Shown here in pieces: positions 8,634 through 18,048 of a stretch of DNA of 54,684 bases (the stretch's first letter is position 1; each line of letters begins with the position of its first letter). The notes under the pieces were generated by a model. It saw nothing but the letters and a program-made list of their open reading frames with translations. It did not search any database and had not been told where the DNA came from. A program made the position numbers and the translations under genes. Source of the DNA: a virus (lineage: Duplodnaviria > Caudoviricetes); IMG/VR virus record IMGVR_UViG_3300036791_000093, positions 1-54,684 of that record; one strand, 5' to 3'.

Positions 8634-9417
8634 TCTGAGGGAAATCCTGCAAGTTAGGCCACCCGACGAAATTTTGGACTGGCTTAACATGCTTGTCTAC
8701 GGTGATCCTGGTGCTGGTAAGACGTGGCTAGCAGGTACAGCAGATGATGACCCACGTACTAGCCCTGTGCTGTACTTGGATTGTGAGGGTGGCGTTACTA
8801 CGATCAGGCATCGCAGAGAGATTGATGTGGTGCCTGTTCGTTCCATCCCGCAACTCGAAGATATCTACAACAAGCTGTATCACTCGATCGATCAAGAAAC
8901 CAACAGCATCCAGTATCGTACTGTTGTCATCGATCCCGTGACTGAGCTAGCCGATCTGGATATGCGTACCATAATGAAAGCCGCGTATGCATCCAAGCCG
9001 GAAACGGTGGATATCGACGTGCCAAGCCCACGTGAATGGGGTAAGAACAGGAATCACATTCGTTTGATCGTTAGAGCGTTTCGTGATCTTCCATGTCACC
9101 TCATCATCACAGCACACGCCAACAAGAAGGAAGAAGAGAATCAGCCTACCAAATATTTTCCTGGTTTCGCTGGTAAGTTGGCAACGGAGATTCCCGGTTT
9201 CATGGATATTGTGGGATACTTGTATGCAGAATCAAAGACGGGTACCGTGCAGCGTAAGATGCAAGTGCAAGGTACTCGCAGAATCCAAGCGAAAGATCGT
9301 ACATCTCGCTTGGGTGCTGTTGTCACAGATCCCACGATCCCGATGTTATGGGACATGATATCGGAAGATGATGTGTCTCGCAGTACACTTGATTCAACTG
9401 AAGAGACAATCGGGTAA
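8608..9417 (+). CDS. AAA_24/Sak4-like ATPase (recombination)
   Basis: LVYGDPGAGKT, VLYLDCEGG, VVIDP, IITAH, DIVGYL, AKDR. Confidence 0.88.
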   Translation: MSVAAIQPDLREILQVRPPDEILDWLNMLVYGDPGAGKTWLAGTADDDPRTSPVLYLDCEGGVTTIRHRREIDVVPVRSIPQLEDIYNKLYHSIDQETNSIQYRTVVIDPVTELADLDMRTIMKAAYASKPETVDIDVPSPREWGKNRNHIRLIVRAFRDLPCHLIITAHANKKEEENQPTKYFPGFAGKLATEIPGFMDIVGYLYAESKTGTVQRKMQVQGTRRIQAKDRTSRLGAVVTDPTIPMLWDMISEDDVSRSTLDSTEETIG

Positions 9418-9450
9418 CAACGGCTAACAACGGTTAACAACGGCTAACAA
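9411..9450 (+). repeat. 4 x 10-bp tandem repeat CGGNTAACAA
   Basis: cgggtaacaa cggctaacaa cggttaacaa cggctaacaa, directly before the SSB RBS. Confidence 0.9.
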
Positions 9451-9458
9451 GGAGTGAT

Positions 9459-9962
9459 ATGGCTGGCCCACTGAACCTCAGTGATGCTGATCTTTCTGGT
9501 TTCGAGCCTGTCGATGCCGGACGCTACAACGCGGAAATCGTGGAAATCAACTGGGACACGGTGAAGAACCTGGATGGCAGGGGTAAGATGCCTGCTGGTA
9601 CTCCCATGTTGAAGATCCGCTTCAAGATCGTCGATGATGGCCCTGCCCACAATCGCAACGTGTGGGTCACGTATGTCAATCCTCCGGCGGATTACGATCC
9701 GTCGAAGGCTGCGAAGATGCGTGGCATGATCGCTCGTTTCTTCATCGCTTGTGGTGACACCGAAGAGACGGTACGCAGCGAGTCTTTCGATCCTGACTTC
9801 GATGACTACAAGGACAAGGAAGTCGTGGTTGTCGTGGGTAAGGAGCCGAAGCGCGATCGTGAGGGTAACCTCATCGATGGCGAGTTTAACAATCCCGTCA
9901 AGGGAGTTAAGCCCGCCGGTTCCATCGCTACTGCTACTGCGACGGGTAGCGATCTGCTCTAG
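9459..9962 (+). CDS. Single-stranded DNA-binding protein (DUF669-like)
   Basis: FEPVDAGRYNAEI, PMLKIRFKI, N.VKGV; follows the exonuclease and AAA genes. Confidence 0.8.
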   Translation: MAGPLNLSDADLSGFEPVDAGRYNAEIVEINWDTVKNLDGRGKMPAGTPMLKIRFKIVDDGPAHNRNVWVTYVNPPADYDPSKAAKMRGMIARFFIACGDTEETVRSESFDPDFDDYKDKEVVVVVGKEPKRDREGNLIDGEFNNPVKGVKPAGSIATATATGSDLL

Positions 9963-10104
9963 TCAGATGTGATTGACCTCCTTCCGCGGTGGTCAGTCCA
10001 AGACGGGTATTAGCAGCTCAAACTTGAGATGGGTTACTAGCAAGTTACTCTCTCCGATCTGCTGATATTAAATAACCAACGGGTGCCCGTCACCCTACCG
10101 CATA

Positions 10105-12249
10105 ATGGCTAATCAATCAGAGAGCGAACAGCGGCTCAAATTCTTCGAGTTATTGTTTGGCGTCCAAAAAGGAATCTTCTGCTTAGCCACATCCGATCCA
10201 AGATCACCTAAGACAACATTCCAGAATACTTACTTCCGTTGGCCCGAAGAATCACTCAGGATAGAAAACTATATACACAAGGCAGCAAGTAAGTACAACG
10301 TCTACTTCTGCGTCAATCTTCTTAAAGCACCGAAGCGTATCAAAGATAACTGTTTGCCTACACGTCTTGTGTGGGCAGATTTGGACGAGGTAGCTCCCGA
10401 CTCCATCGAGGATATCCCTCCGCCTATCGTGATTCAATCGAGTCCGGGGCGTTGGCAGGGTATCTGGCGTGTATCGGTTGAGCTTCCTCCGTTTCAGGCT
10501 GAGGAATACAGTAAGCGTGTAGCCTATCACGTAGGCGCAGACTTGTCTGGATGGGATTTGGGACAACTCCTACGTGTTCCGCTTACTCAAAATTTCAAGT
10601 ACGATCCACCAGGTTTCATTCAGATAGTACGCGCGCTCGAAATTGAGGCTGTACCACTTGCATTTGAAGCACTCAAACCCCAGAGCGTAGAGCCTGATGT
10701 TGGCATCGTACCAAAGATCATAGAAGGTGAAGCTTTAAAGATTCTAACCAGATATGGTCCAAATCTTGAGCCAATGTTTCACGATATTTATCTTCAAGAG
10801 CCTCACGAAGATTGGTCAAAATCTTTGTGGAAGCTTATCAATATATGTTTCCGCGCCGGTATGCTAGAAGAAGAAGTTTTTGCTGTTGCATATGAGGCTA
10901 AGTGTAATAAGTATGCACGCGACGGTCGTCCCATTAAAGACCTTTGGCGCGAGGTACTTAAAGCAGCAGAAGCATATAGTACAAAAGCGGCATTCGACAA
11001 AATATTAAAAATGCCTATATTGGTAAATGCCCCACATTCCAGAACAATCGTAGATGAATACAGAGAATGGGCAAGTGAACTCACTGATGCTCCCGCACAA
11101 TTCCATGATCTATCTATCACGATCGTCCTAAGCATCATCTTCTCTAACTCAGTAAGATACGATATGTCTGGAAACGAGACAGTCCCACTTCTTTGGGGTC
11201 TCATTTTGGGCGAATCCACTCTCACAAGAAAAACAACATCTATGAAGATGGCTCTCGGCTATCCGTATAGTTTTGATACCGAACTAATAACTGGTACAGA
11301 TGCTACACCAGAAGGACTGCTTAGTCTACTGCAAGCACGCCCAGATAAAGTCAGCGTTTTCTTTAGAGATGAGGTTTCAGGACTTTTTGCGACAATGCAA
11401 AGAAAAGATTACATGGCTGGATTTATGGAAATTCTTGCACAACTTTATGATACTCCGGGTAATTATAACAGAGCGCTTCGCAAAGAGAAAATTAGTCTCA
11501 ATAATCCTCTGCTTATTTTCTTTGGTGGTGGCGTAGCAGAGCGTGTCTTTGAGACAATTGACGAATCATTTATTGAACAAGGATTTCTGCCCAGATTCAT
11601 AGTAGCCAGAGGTCGTCCGCCAAATAAAGAAGATCGCAAGCGGCCAGGTTCAGCATCAGAAGAAAGCAAAAAGAAAAAGATGCGGATGATGAATAGACTC
11701 GCTGATTTGTACGAGGATTATTCGGGTAGCGTAGAACAAGTAATTGGTGGACAAAAGATGATGTCTCCAAAAAGAATCACGGCCGAAATTCCTCAAGAAG
11801 TGTGGGACATGTATTACAAATTTGAGGATATTTTGTTGGACTCCGCCGAAAATAGTTCATTGAGTACATTTGCTCTACCAACTCTCAATCGATTGGCTAA
11901 CAGTCTTTTGAAGATGGCAGTATGTCTCGCCGCGGAAAGACAGCCAAAGCCATTAGATGGTATCATCATGGTCGAAGAGGGTGATTTAATCAACGCAGCC
12001 TGGTATATTCAAGAATGGGGCAAAAATTCAATCGAGCTTATGGTTAATGCCGGTAGGACTCCAGCCGAAAGGAAGTTGGATAAGGTATATCAAGCCATAG
12101 TCGATATGCCTAAAGTCTCTCGTAGCACAATCATGAATAGATTTAGACTTAACGCCCGCGAAGCTTCTATCATCTTTGAAACGTTAGAACAACGTGGGCG
12201 TATAACAATTACCAGAGATGGGAAAGCAACCTACTATTGGCCCACATAA
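10105..12249 (+). CDS. Primase-helicase (RepB-like primase N-terminus; DUF3987-like P-loop C-terminus)
   Basis: VWADLD, QSSPGRWQGIW, LLRVP; GESTLTRKTT, TPEGL, RDEVSG, GFLPRF; C-terminal winged helix. Confidence 0.85.
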   Translation: MANQSESEQRLKFFELLFGVQKGIFCLATSDPRSPKTTFQNTYFRWPEESLRIENYIHKAASKYNVYFCVNLLKAPKRIKDNCLPTRLVWADLDEVAPDSIEDIPPPIVIQSSPGRWQGIWRVSVELPPFQAEEYSKRVAYHVGADLSGWDLGQLLRVPLTQNFKYDPPGFIQIVRALEIEAVPLAFEALKPQSVEPDVGIVPKIIEGEALKILTRYGPNLEPMFHDIYLQEPHEDWSKSLWKLINICFRAGMLEEEVFAVAYEAKCNKYARDGRPIKDLWREVLKAAEAYSTKAAFDKILKMPILVNAPHSRTIVDEYREWASELTDAPAQFHDLSITIVLSIIFSNSVRYDMSGNETVPLLWGLILGESTLTRKTTSMKMALGYPYSFDTELITGTDATPEGLLSLLQARPDKVSVFFRDEVSGLFATMQRKDYMAGFMEILAQLYDTPGNYNRALRKEKISLNNPLLIFFGGGVAERVFETIDESFIEQGFLPRFIVARGRPPNKEDRKRPGSASEESKKKKMRMMNRLADLYEDYSGSVEQVIGGQKMMSPKRITAEIPQEVWDMYYKFEDILLDSAENSSLSTFALPTLNRLANSLLKMAVCLAAERQPKPLDGIIMVEEGDLINAAWYIQEWGKNSIELMVNAGRTPAERKLDKVYQAIVDMPKVSRSTIMNRFRLNAREASIIFETLEQRGRITITRDGKATYYWPT

Positions 12250-12269
12250 GCGGGCATGAGGGAGGATAG

Positions 12270-12536
12270 ATGATAGAGGGAATGGTAGTACATAAAGTTA
12301 CTTCTTATGTGGTTCTCTCCCTTGATACAAAAACTCAACTTGGTTTCGTAACAAGAAATTTCGTTAGAGATGGAATAATGCAACGCGAGACTGATTCGAT
12401 TATCAAGGACATTCACGACAAGAGTGGAACATGGACAGCCATTCTCTTCGACGGTAGAGTATTGGGTACGGATTACGAAACTGCCAACGATGCTATTGCA
12501 GATGTATCAGATTGTTTACTTGGGATACCTGAATGA
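12270..12536 (+). CDS. Hypothetical protein
   Basis: GGAGG RBS; ATGA overlap with the next gene. Confidence 0.65.
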   Translation: MIEGMVVHKVTSYVVLSLDTKTQLGFVTRNFVRDGIMQRETDSIIKDIHDKSGTWTAILFDGRVLGTDYETANDAIADVSDCLLGIPE

Positions 12537-13123
12537 TTATCGGGCTGACAGGTTTGAAAGGTTCGGGCAAGGATACGGTTGGTGCGTATCTGGTGAAGGA
12601 GTTTGGCTTTGAACGAAAAGCATTTGCTGATCCTCTTAAGCGTTCTGTTGCTGCTCTCTTTGATATTCCTTTCTCGGAGATAGACAAGCTCAAAGATATG
12701 CTTGATAATTGGATATTTCTCGACATGGATGGTGTTCTTGAGCCTGTCTCGAAAATGAATTTCCGCACGTTTCTCCAGCGATACGGGACAGAAGCACATC
12801 GCGACATATTCGGTAAAAACTTTTGGGTAGACCTCACACTCCCTGTGCAGGGTTTTTATCCGGGGCGCGCGATTGTCGTAACTGATGTGAGATTCAGAAA
12901 CGAAGCTGAACGTGTTAAATATCTTGACGGTATCATAATCCGCATTAAGCGCGGCTCCCTTGAACAACACCCGCACGGGGTCGAGGGTGAGCCCGATGTC
13001 CATGAATCCGAGATTATGGACTATCCCGACTTGGTTGACTTCACGCTTTACAACGATGGAACGATCGAAGAGTTGTTTGAAACAGTAAATCAATTGCTAA
13101 GTAACATCGATGCCAAAGCGTAA
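12533..13123 (+). CDS. Deoxynucleoside monophosphate kinase
   Basis: IIGLTGLKGSGKDT, FADPLK, RTFLQRYGTE, VTDVRFRNE, HESE. Confidence 0.92.
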   Translation: MIIGLTGLKGSGKDTVGAYLVKEFGFERKAFADPLKRSVAALFDIPFSEIDKLKDMLDNWIFLDMDGVLEPVSKMNFRTFLQRYGTEAHRDIFGKNFWVDLTLPVQGFYPGRAIVVTDVRFRNEAERVKYLDGIIIRIKRGSLEQHPHGVEGEPDVHESEIMDYPDLVDFTLYNDGTIEELFETVNQLLSNIDAKA

Positions 13124-13467
13124 TGGCTCGTCGATCGTATCTGTCCGAGAAGGATTTTCGTGTTTTGTATGGCCTGTATCTAAATGGATACAACCTCTAT
13201 CTGCTTGCGGATGAAAGCTGGGAGAAGTACGGTTACGCATCCTCAGAATCTTTCCGTCTGTCATTTCGAGGTAGATGCGTCAGAATGAATCTGCCACTAC
13301 GTGATTGTTCCGCAAGTAGAAAGAGTAAAGAAGCGAGAGCCAAAGAATTTTCTGTGCTTCGCGCGCGCAGACTGACACCACAGGAGCGCGAAGAATTGAA
13401 AGCCAAGATTTCCGAAGCACAAAAAGAACGATATAAACGTGCATTGAGATTGGAGAGATCACTTTGA
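13123..13467 (+). CDS. Basic hypothetical protein, possibly DNA-binding
   Basis: TAATG overlap; NUMOD3-like EELKAKISEAQK. Confidence 0.65.
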   Translation: MARRSYLSEKDFRVLYGLYLNGYNLYLLADESWEKYGYASSESFRLSFRGRCVRMNLPLRDCSASRKSKEARAKEFSVLRARRLTPQEREELKAKISEAQKERYKRALRLERSL

Positions 13468-13530
13468 CGTGTGAACTTCATCCAAACTGTAAAGAGCCTG
13501 TTGTCGCTAAAGTAGGCGTACCGAGCCGTC

Positions 13531-13731
13531 GTGCAATTTGGGTTTGTCAACGCGGATTTGACGAGTTTGAAATTGCCAAAGGATTACGAAAGCCATAAAT
13601 ATATCACCAAGTTTGCTTACGGTAGATGGTGGTTCTACACTGGAACTAGGAAGAAGTGGAAGAGCCGGCATTTCCGTATCTTACGTTGGTGGGTTGTAGT
13701 CGTATCTTACAGGAGAATCAAAGATGTCTGA
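13531..13731 (+). CDS. Hypothetical protein
   Basis: Fills the gap before the polymerase; weak support. Confidence 0.4.
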   Translation: MQFGFVNADLTSLKLPKDYESHKYITKFAYGRWWFYTGTRKKWKSRHFRILRWWVVVVSYRRIKDV

Positions 13732-16189
13732 GCGCAAGCATCCACTAGCTATATGTGAAAAGTGTCCATTCAAGAACAGATCGGTTGCATATACAACCGG
13801 GCCAGAAGATGCCAAGATTGCTGTAGTATCGCGTAGTCCTGGTCATTACGAGGCTCTTGCGGGTAAGTCGTTCTCTGGCCCATCTGGACGTGTGTTGGAT
13901 CATTTGTTGCAAATCCACGGTTACCAACGTGGTGATATTTTGACAACTAATGTGGTTCTCTGCCAGTCCGATGGAACGGAGCAGGGCTGGGGGGTCGCTG
14001 CTGCCTGCTGCGAGCCACGCCTAGCGTCAGAGATAGAGACGGCCGATACAGTGATTGCCTGCGGTAAGGAGGCCGTGTACGCCGTTCTAGGCGAGTCCAA
14101 CATATCGCAGAACCGAGGATACCCACACGTCAGGGAAATCCACGCCTCAGATCAGACCTCATTAAAACAGCGAGTTATCGTTACCACGAATCCTGCCGTG
14201 GTTTTGCGCGATGATGCTAACTATCCTGAGATGGTTAGAGACTTTCGTCTCGCGCTCGATCCACTTCCTGCGCCTAAACTGCCAACTGTGCGAATCATCG
14301 ACAACATTCGTGAGGCCAGAGACGCCATTGTAGATATGCTTGAGTTAATAACCACTGGCACTAAAGAGATCGTGGCGTCAGACCTTGAGACTCGATGGCA
14401 GACTGGCGAGACTGAAATCGTCTGTGCGGCATTTGCAACTAGAGCCGAGCGGGCCGTAGTTTTCGGTGAAGGAGTGTGTTCAAATAAACACTTCGTCACT
14501 CACGAACTGTCTCAGTTGTGGATGATTCCAGGAGTTAAATATCTGTGGCATAACGGGAAGTACGACATCAAAGTCTTGCGTAGCTCGTATGGAATTCCAG
14601 CTACAGTAGGCGAAGATTCAATGTTGCTCTCGTGGGCATTGGATGAAAGACCAGGTGATCCTGAAAGTGGAGCAGGTGGACATTCACTCGAATGGCTACT
14701 CAAGGACGAGCTTGGCTGGCCCAAGTACGAGCCAACCTCAGTCCGCAACTTTAAAAGAACTGGTAACTTGGAGAAGCCGAGGGAGCTTTATGAGTATAAC
14801 GGCTTTGATACTGCTGGCTCTCTGGCCCTTTTTGAAGTTCTCAAGCATAGGGCAATCAATGACAATGTTTGGGAGAAACCTTATAAGGGCATCATCTCGC
14901 GTCTTTCGATGGCGCTCGCGCGTATTGAGCTAGTCGGCAATCTATACGACGCAGAGAAAGCCTGCGACATTCTCGAATACGAGGTATGGCCCAAGCTAGA
15001 CGATCAACGCCAAAGGTTGAGGCGCATATCAAGCAGGCCCACACTCAATCCGAATTCACCAAAACAGCTAGAGAAGCTAATGTATGACGATTGGGGCATC
15101 GAACATGATTTGATGCGTCCGAAGATTGAACGGCAAGGCAAACGCAGCACAGACAAGTATGTGCGCGAAGCTATGTTGCTTGGTCTATACAGACTACCTG
15201 CTGCTAACGGGAATCGAGACAGCATCGATCAATTCATTCAGACGCTCGATGATTTCAAAGAATTGGACACACAGCGCAGTAGATACCTTGAAGGTTTGGT
15301 GTTGAAGCGTAAGGCAGACGGGAGGATCTACACGGAGTTTAAGATTCACGGTACGGAGTCTGGGAGGTTGTCAAGTGCCAATCCAAACCTTCAGAATATC
15401 ACTCGGACAAAGGAGGGTCTACCTAACATTAGAAGCTGCTTTATCCCAGACCCCGGATGTGTTTTCGTTTCAGCTGATCTTTCCCAGGCCGAACTCAGGA
15501 CGATTGCTGTTCTTAGCGGAGACATCAATCTTAGGAGTATCTACCTTGATACAAATAGATCGCTCCACAAGGAAGTAGCCGCCGAGTTCTATGGGGAAAA
15601 CTACACGTATGAACAATACGTGAGAGCGAAGAACATCAACTTCGGTGTGGCTTATTGGCAAAGCGCATTCAGCTTCGCTCAGTTGTACCACATGCCACGC
15701 GAAGAAGCGCAGAAGTTCATTGACTTTTGGTGGGATCGATTCCCGCAAGTGTGGGCATGGACGAAAGAAACCGAGAAAGCTGTGTTGACCACGGGTGAGC
15801 TGCAATCTCCGTTTGGTCACAAGCGTCGGTTCTTCGTGATTCCCGCGGACGAGTCATCCCGTCTGCATATCATCAAAGAGGGCATCAACTTCAAGCCTCA
15901 GAACATCGCAGCGAACATAACTTTGTGGGCACTTTGCGATTTCGTGGATCATCTAATCAAATACGATATGTGGCATATTGCTCAACCGAGAATCACAGTT
16001 CACGACTCAATCCTAGTCAATGTTCGTATGGGACACGAGGAAGAAATCGGTTATCTTCTAAAAGGGTTCCTTGAAGATGCGCCTATGAAGGCTATCGGAT
16101 GGGACTTTCCTTATTTGGCCGACCTTAGTATTGGGCCTACGTGGGGAGAATTGAGGGAAATAAATTTTGAAACAAATCAAGCTATCTGA
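13724..16189 (+). CDS. polA: Family A DNA polymerase with N-terminal uracil-DNA-glycosylase-like domain and 3'-5' exonuclease
   Basis: UDG-like CEKCP, FSGPSG, TNVVLC; exonuclease SDLET, HNGKYD, YNGFD; polymerase SGRLSS, NLQNI, ADLSQAELR, RAKNINFGVAY, VHDS. Confidence 0.95.
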   Translation: MSERKHPLAICEKCPFKNRSVAYTTGPEDAKIAVVSRSPGHYEALAGKSFSGPSGRVLDHLLQIHGYQRGDILTTNVVLCQSDGTEQGWGVAAACCEPRLASEIETADTVIACGKEAVYAVLGESNISQNRGYPHVREIHASDQTSLKQRVIVTTNPAVVLRDDANYPEMVRDFRLALDPLPAPKLPTVRIIDNIREARDAIVDMLELITTGTKEIVASDLETRWQTGETEIVCAAFATRAERAVVFGEGVCSNKHFVTHELSQLWMIPGVKYLWHNGKYDIKVLRSSYGIPATVGEDSMLLSWALDERPGDPESGAGGHSLEWLLKDELGWPKYEPTSVRNFKRTGNLEKPRELYEYNGFDTAGSLALFEVLKHRAINDNVWEKPYKGIISRLSMALARIELVGNLYDAEKACDILEYEVWPKLDDQRQRLRRISSRPTLNPNSPKQLEKLMYDDWGIEHDLMRPKIERQGKRSTDKYVREAMLLGLYRLPAANGNRDSIDQFIQTLDDFKELDTQRSRYLEGLVLKRKADGRIYTEFKIHGTESGRLSSANPNLQNITRTKEGLPNIRSCFIPDPGCVFVSADLSQAELRTIAVLSGDINLRSIYLDTNRSLHKEVAAEFYGENYTYEQYVRAKNINFGVAYWQSAFSFAQLYHMPREEAQKFIDFWWDRFPQVWAWTKETEKAVLTTGELQSPFGHKRRFFVIPADESSRLHIIKEGINFKPQNIAANITLWALCDFVDHLIKYDMWHIAQPRITVHDSILVNVRMGHEEEIGYLLKGFLEDAPMKAIGWDFPYLADLSIGPTWGELREINFETNQAI

Positions 16190-16577
16190 CGGTAATATCA
16201 CAATCGTAGATGATGATGTCTACGATTGGGCTAATAAAATCAGATGGAATAATAATGGATTAAATTATGTTGTAACGGGTAGAGGTAACACAAAAAAATA
16301 TCTTCACAGAATGATTACAGAATGTCCTCCAGAAAAAGTTGTAGATCATATCAACATGAACACATTTGATAATAGACGAGAAAATCTGAGAATAGTAACT
16401 CGTTCAATCAATAATAGAAATAATTTAGGAAAAGGATACCATTTTCACAAGCAGACACAAAAATGGTGTGCCCAACTCAAACGTGATGGAAAGAAGATTT
16501 ACATAGGTCTTTTCGTCACCGAACAAGAAGCAAAAGAAGCAGTCAGGCAGTTCAAGGATAAGGAGCAAGCGATATGA
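16167..16577 (+). CDS. HNH-AP2 homing endonuclease
   Basis: YLHRMI, VDHINMNTFDNRRENLR, KWCAQL..DGKKIYIGLF; AT-rich. Confidence 0.9.
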   Translation: MKQIKLSDGNITIVDDDVYDWANKIRWNNNGLNYVVTGRGNTKKYLHRMITECPPEKVVDHINMNTFDNRRENLRIVTRSINNRNNLGKGYHFHKQTQKWCAQLKRDGKKIYIGLFVTEQEAKEAVRQFKDKEQAI

Positions 16578-16921
16578 CCCCACAGCAACGTCGTACCCGT
16601 ACTCGTGCTTCGGGAGCACCAGCCGCAGAAACAGCACCTTCCGAATCAATTCAAGTTCCCGAAGATACCACATCTAACGCCATGACTTTGACCAGTTTTC
16701 CTGCTGACGTGTTCGATGAAATCAAGCGTCAAGTGGAAAAGTGGAGTGATTCAAATCGTGCATGTGACGATGATCGCTGGCTCGAAATCGCGATTGATGA
16801 GTTCAACGATCTTCGCTGGGCTTGCAGGACTCGCGCAGAAGTCGATGGACACACGATCGCCAAAGAGCGTGCCCAACTCATCGCTGTTCTGATTCGATGG
16901 CATCTAGCTGGTATTCTTTAA
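16574..16921 (+). CDS. MazG-like nucleotide pyrophosphohydrolase (divergent)
   Basis: EIKRQVEKW...WLEIAIDEFND...KERAQLIAVLIRW resembles phage MazG-like proteins. Confidence 0.55.
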   Translation: MTPQQRRTRTRASGAPAAETAPSESIQVPEDTTSNAMTLTSFPADVFDEIKRQVEKWSDSNRACDDDRWLEIAIDEFNDLRWACRTRAEVDGHTIAKERAQLIAVLIRWHLAGIL

Positions 16922-17397
16922 TGACATACGACTCAAGACCGGATACACATGCACACATCGAACGTGTGAGAGACTTTCTGGATTTGGTAATCAAGAATCT
17001 AGAAAATCGTTCTCGTGCTCACGATGCCAGTAAGCTCGTATCACCAGAGCTGGAGGCGTTTGACATCGCTACTCCGAAACTCGCAGGACTGGAATACGGT
17101 AGCGAAGAATATCGTCAAGCACTACGTGAAATCAAGCCTGCCATTCAGCACCACAACGAGCACAACGATCATCACCCAGAACATTATGAGAATGGCATAC
17201 GAGGCATGAGCTTGATGGCATTGGTAGAGATGCTGTGTGATTGGCGAGCAGCGAGTGAACGCAACAAACAAAGAACAGATGAAGCAGGAAATCCTCTACC
17301 GTTTGAGGCCAGTCTAGCTTATAGCCAAACACGATATGGTTACTCAGATGAACTTGCTGAAATCTTGCTGAACACGGTACGCGAGTTGGGTATGTGA
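16921..17397 (+). CDS. HD-domain/DUF5662-like phosphohydrolase
   Basis: HIERV, HDASK, HHNEHNDHHPEHY, EMLCDW. Confidence 0.8.
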   Translation: MTYDSRPDTHAHIERVRDFLDLVIKNLENRSRAHDASKLVSPELEAFDIATPKLAGLEYGSEEYRQALREIKPAIQHHNEHNDHHPEHYENGIRGMSLMALVEMLCDWRAASERNKQRTDEAGNPLPFEASLAYSQTRYGYSDELAEILLNTVRELGM

Positions 17398-17759
17398 TGG
17401 ATGAAGATATTGACAAGCTGATCGCGCTCGTGAAGAAAGAGCGCAAGGCCAACGAGTTCTACGGACTCGCGAACGACCGCATAGACGCGCTTGTTTCCGC
17501 GCTCGAAGCGCTTGTTTCCGCGCTGGAACAGGCCCAGGAGAGCAATACCGGGTTGACCGAACGAGCGAGTGAGAACGCTGTGCGCCTCGCTGCTGCGATG
17601 CGACAGCGCGAGGCGGCTGAGGCCGACCTGGCACGGGCGCGGGAAGCGCTCGCGGAAATCGCGAACGGGTTCGCCGAGGCTAATGATGAGCGTTCTCGTT
17701 CGTCCGAAATGCAGCGGGTCGCTCGCGCTGCTCTCGCGGCCGGGAGCGGCGATGAGTGA
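17394..17759 (+). CDS. Coiled-coil hypothetical protein (GC-rich)
   Basis: Heptad pattern; similar to the next gene. Confidence 0.7.
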   Translation: MMDEDIDKLIALVKKERKANEFYGLANDRIDALVSALEALVSALEQAQESNTGLTERASENAVRLAAAMRQREAAEADLARAREALAEIANGFAEANDERSRSSEMQRVARAALAAGSGDE

Positions 17760-18048
17760 CACCGACAAGCTGATCGCGCAGGCGCGCGCCTGGCAGCACG
17801 ACCTGATGCCGCACACGGTAGAGCTTCTAAACGCGCTCGCTGACGAGTTAGAACAATCCCAGGCCGAGACGCTGGACGCGCGAGTGCAGACCGCGTGGAA
17901 GGTAGCTGAGGTTCGAGAACAGCTAGAGGCGGCTGAAGTCGAGTTGGCACAGGCGCGAGAAGCACTTAAATGGATTGAAGCAGAACCGGAAAATCAGGTG
18001 AAAGTGTTGATGTGGGCACGCGCCGGTCTTGGAATGGTTGATTCGTGA
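17752..18048 (+). CDS. Coiled-coil hypothetical protein (GC-rich)
   Basis: MSDTDKLIAQ... start after GGGAG; EAAEVELAQAREAL is shared with the previous gene. Confidence 0.7.
   Translation: MSDTDKLIAQARAWQHDLMPHTVELLNALADELEQSQAETLDARVQTAWKVAEVREQLEAAEVELAQAREALKWIEAEPENQVKVLMWARAGLGMVDS

Noticed and set aside
16574-17397. 2-aminoadenine (Z-genome) pathway
   Set aside because: No PurZ/adenylosuccinate synthetase homolog is recognisable.
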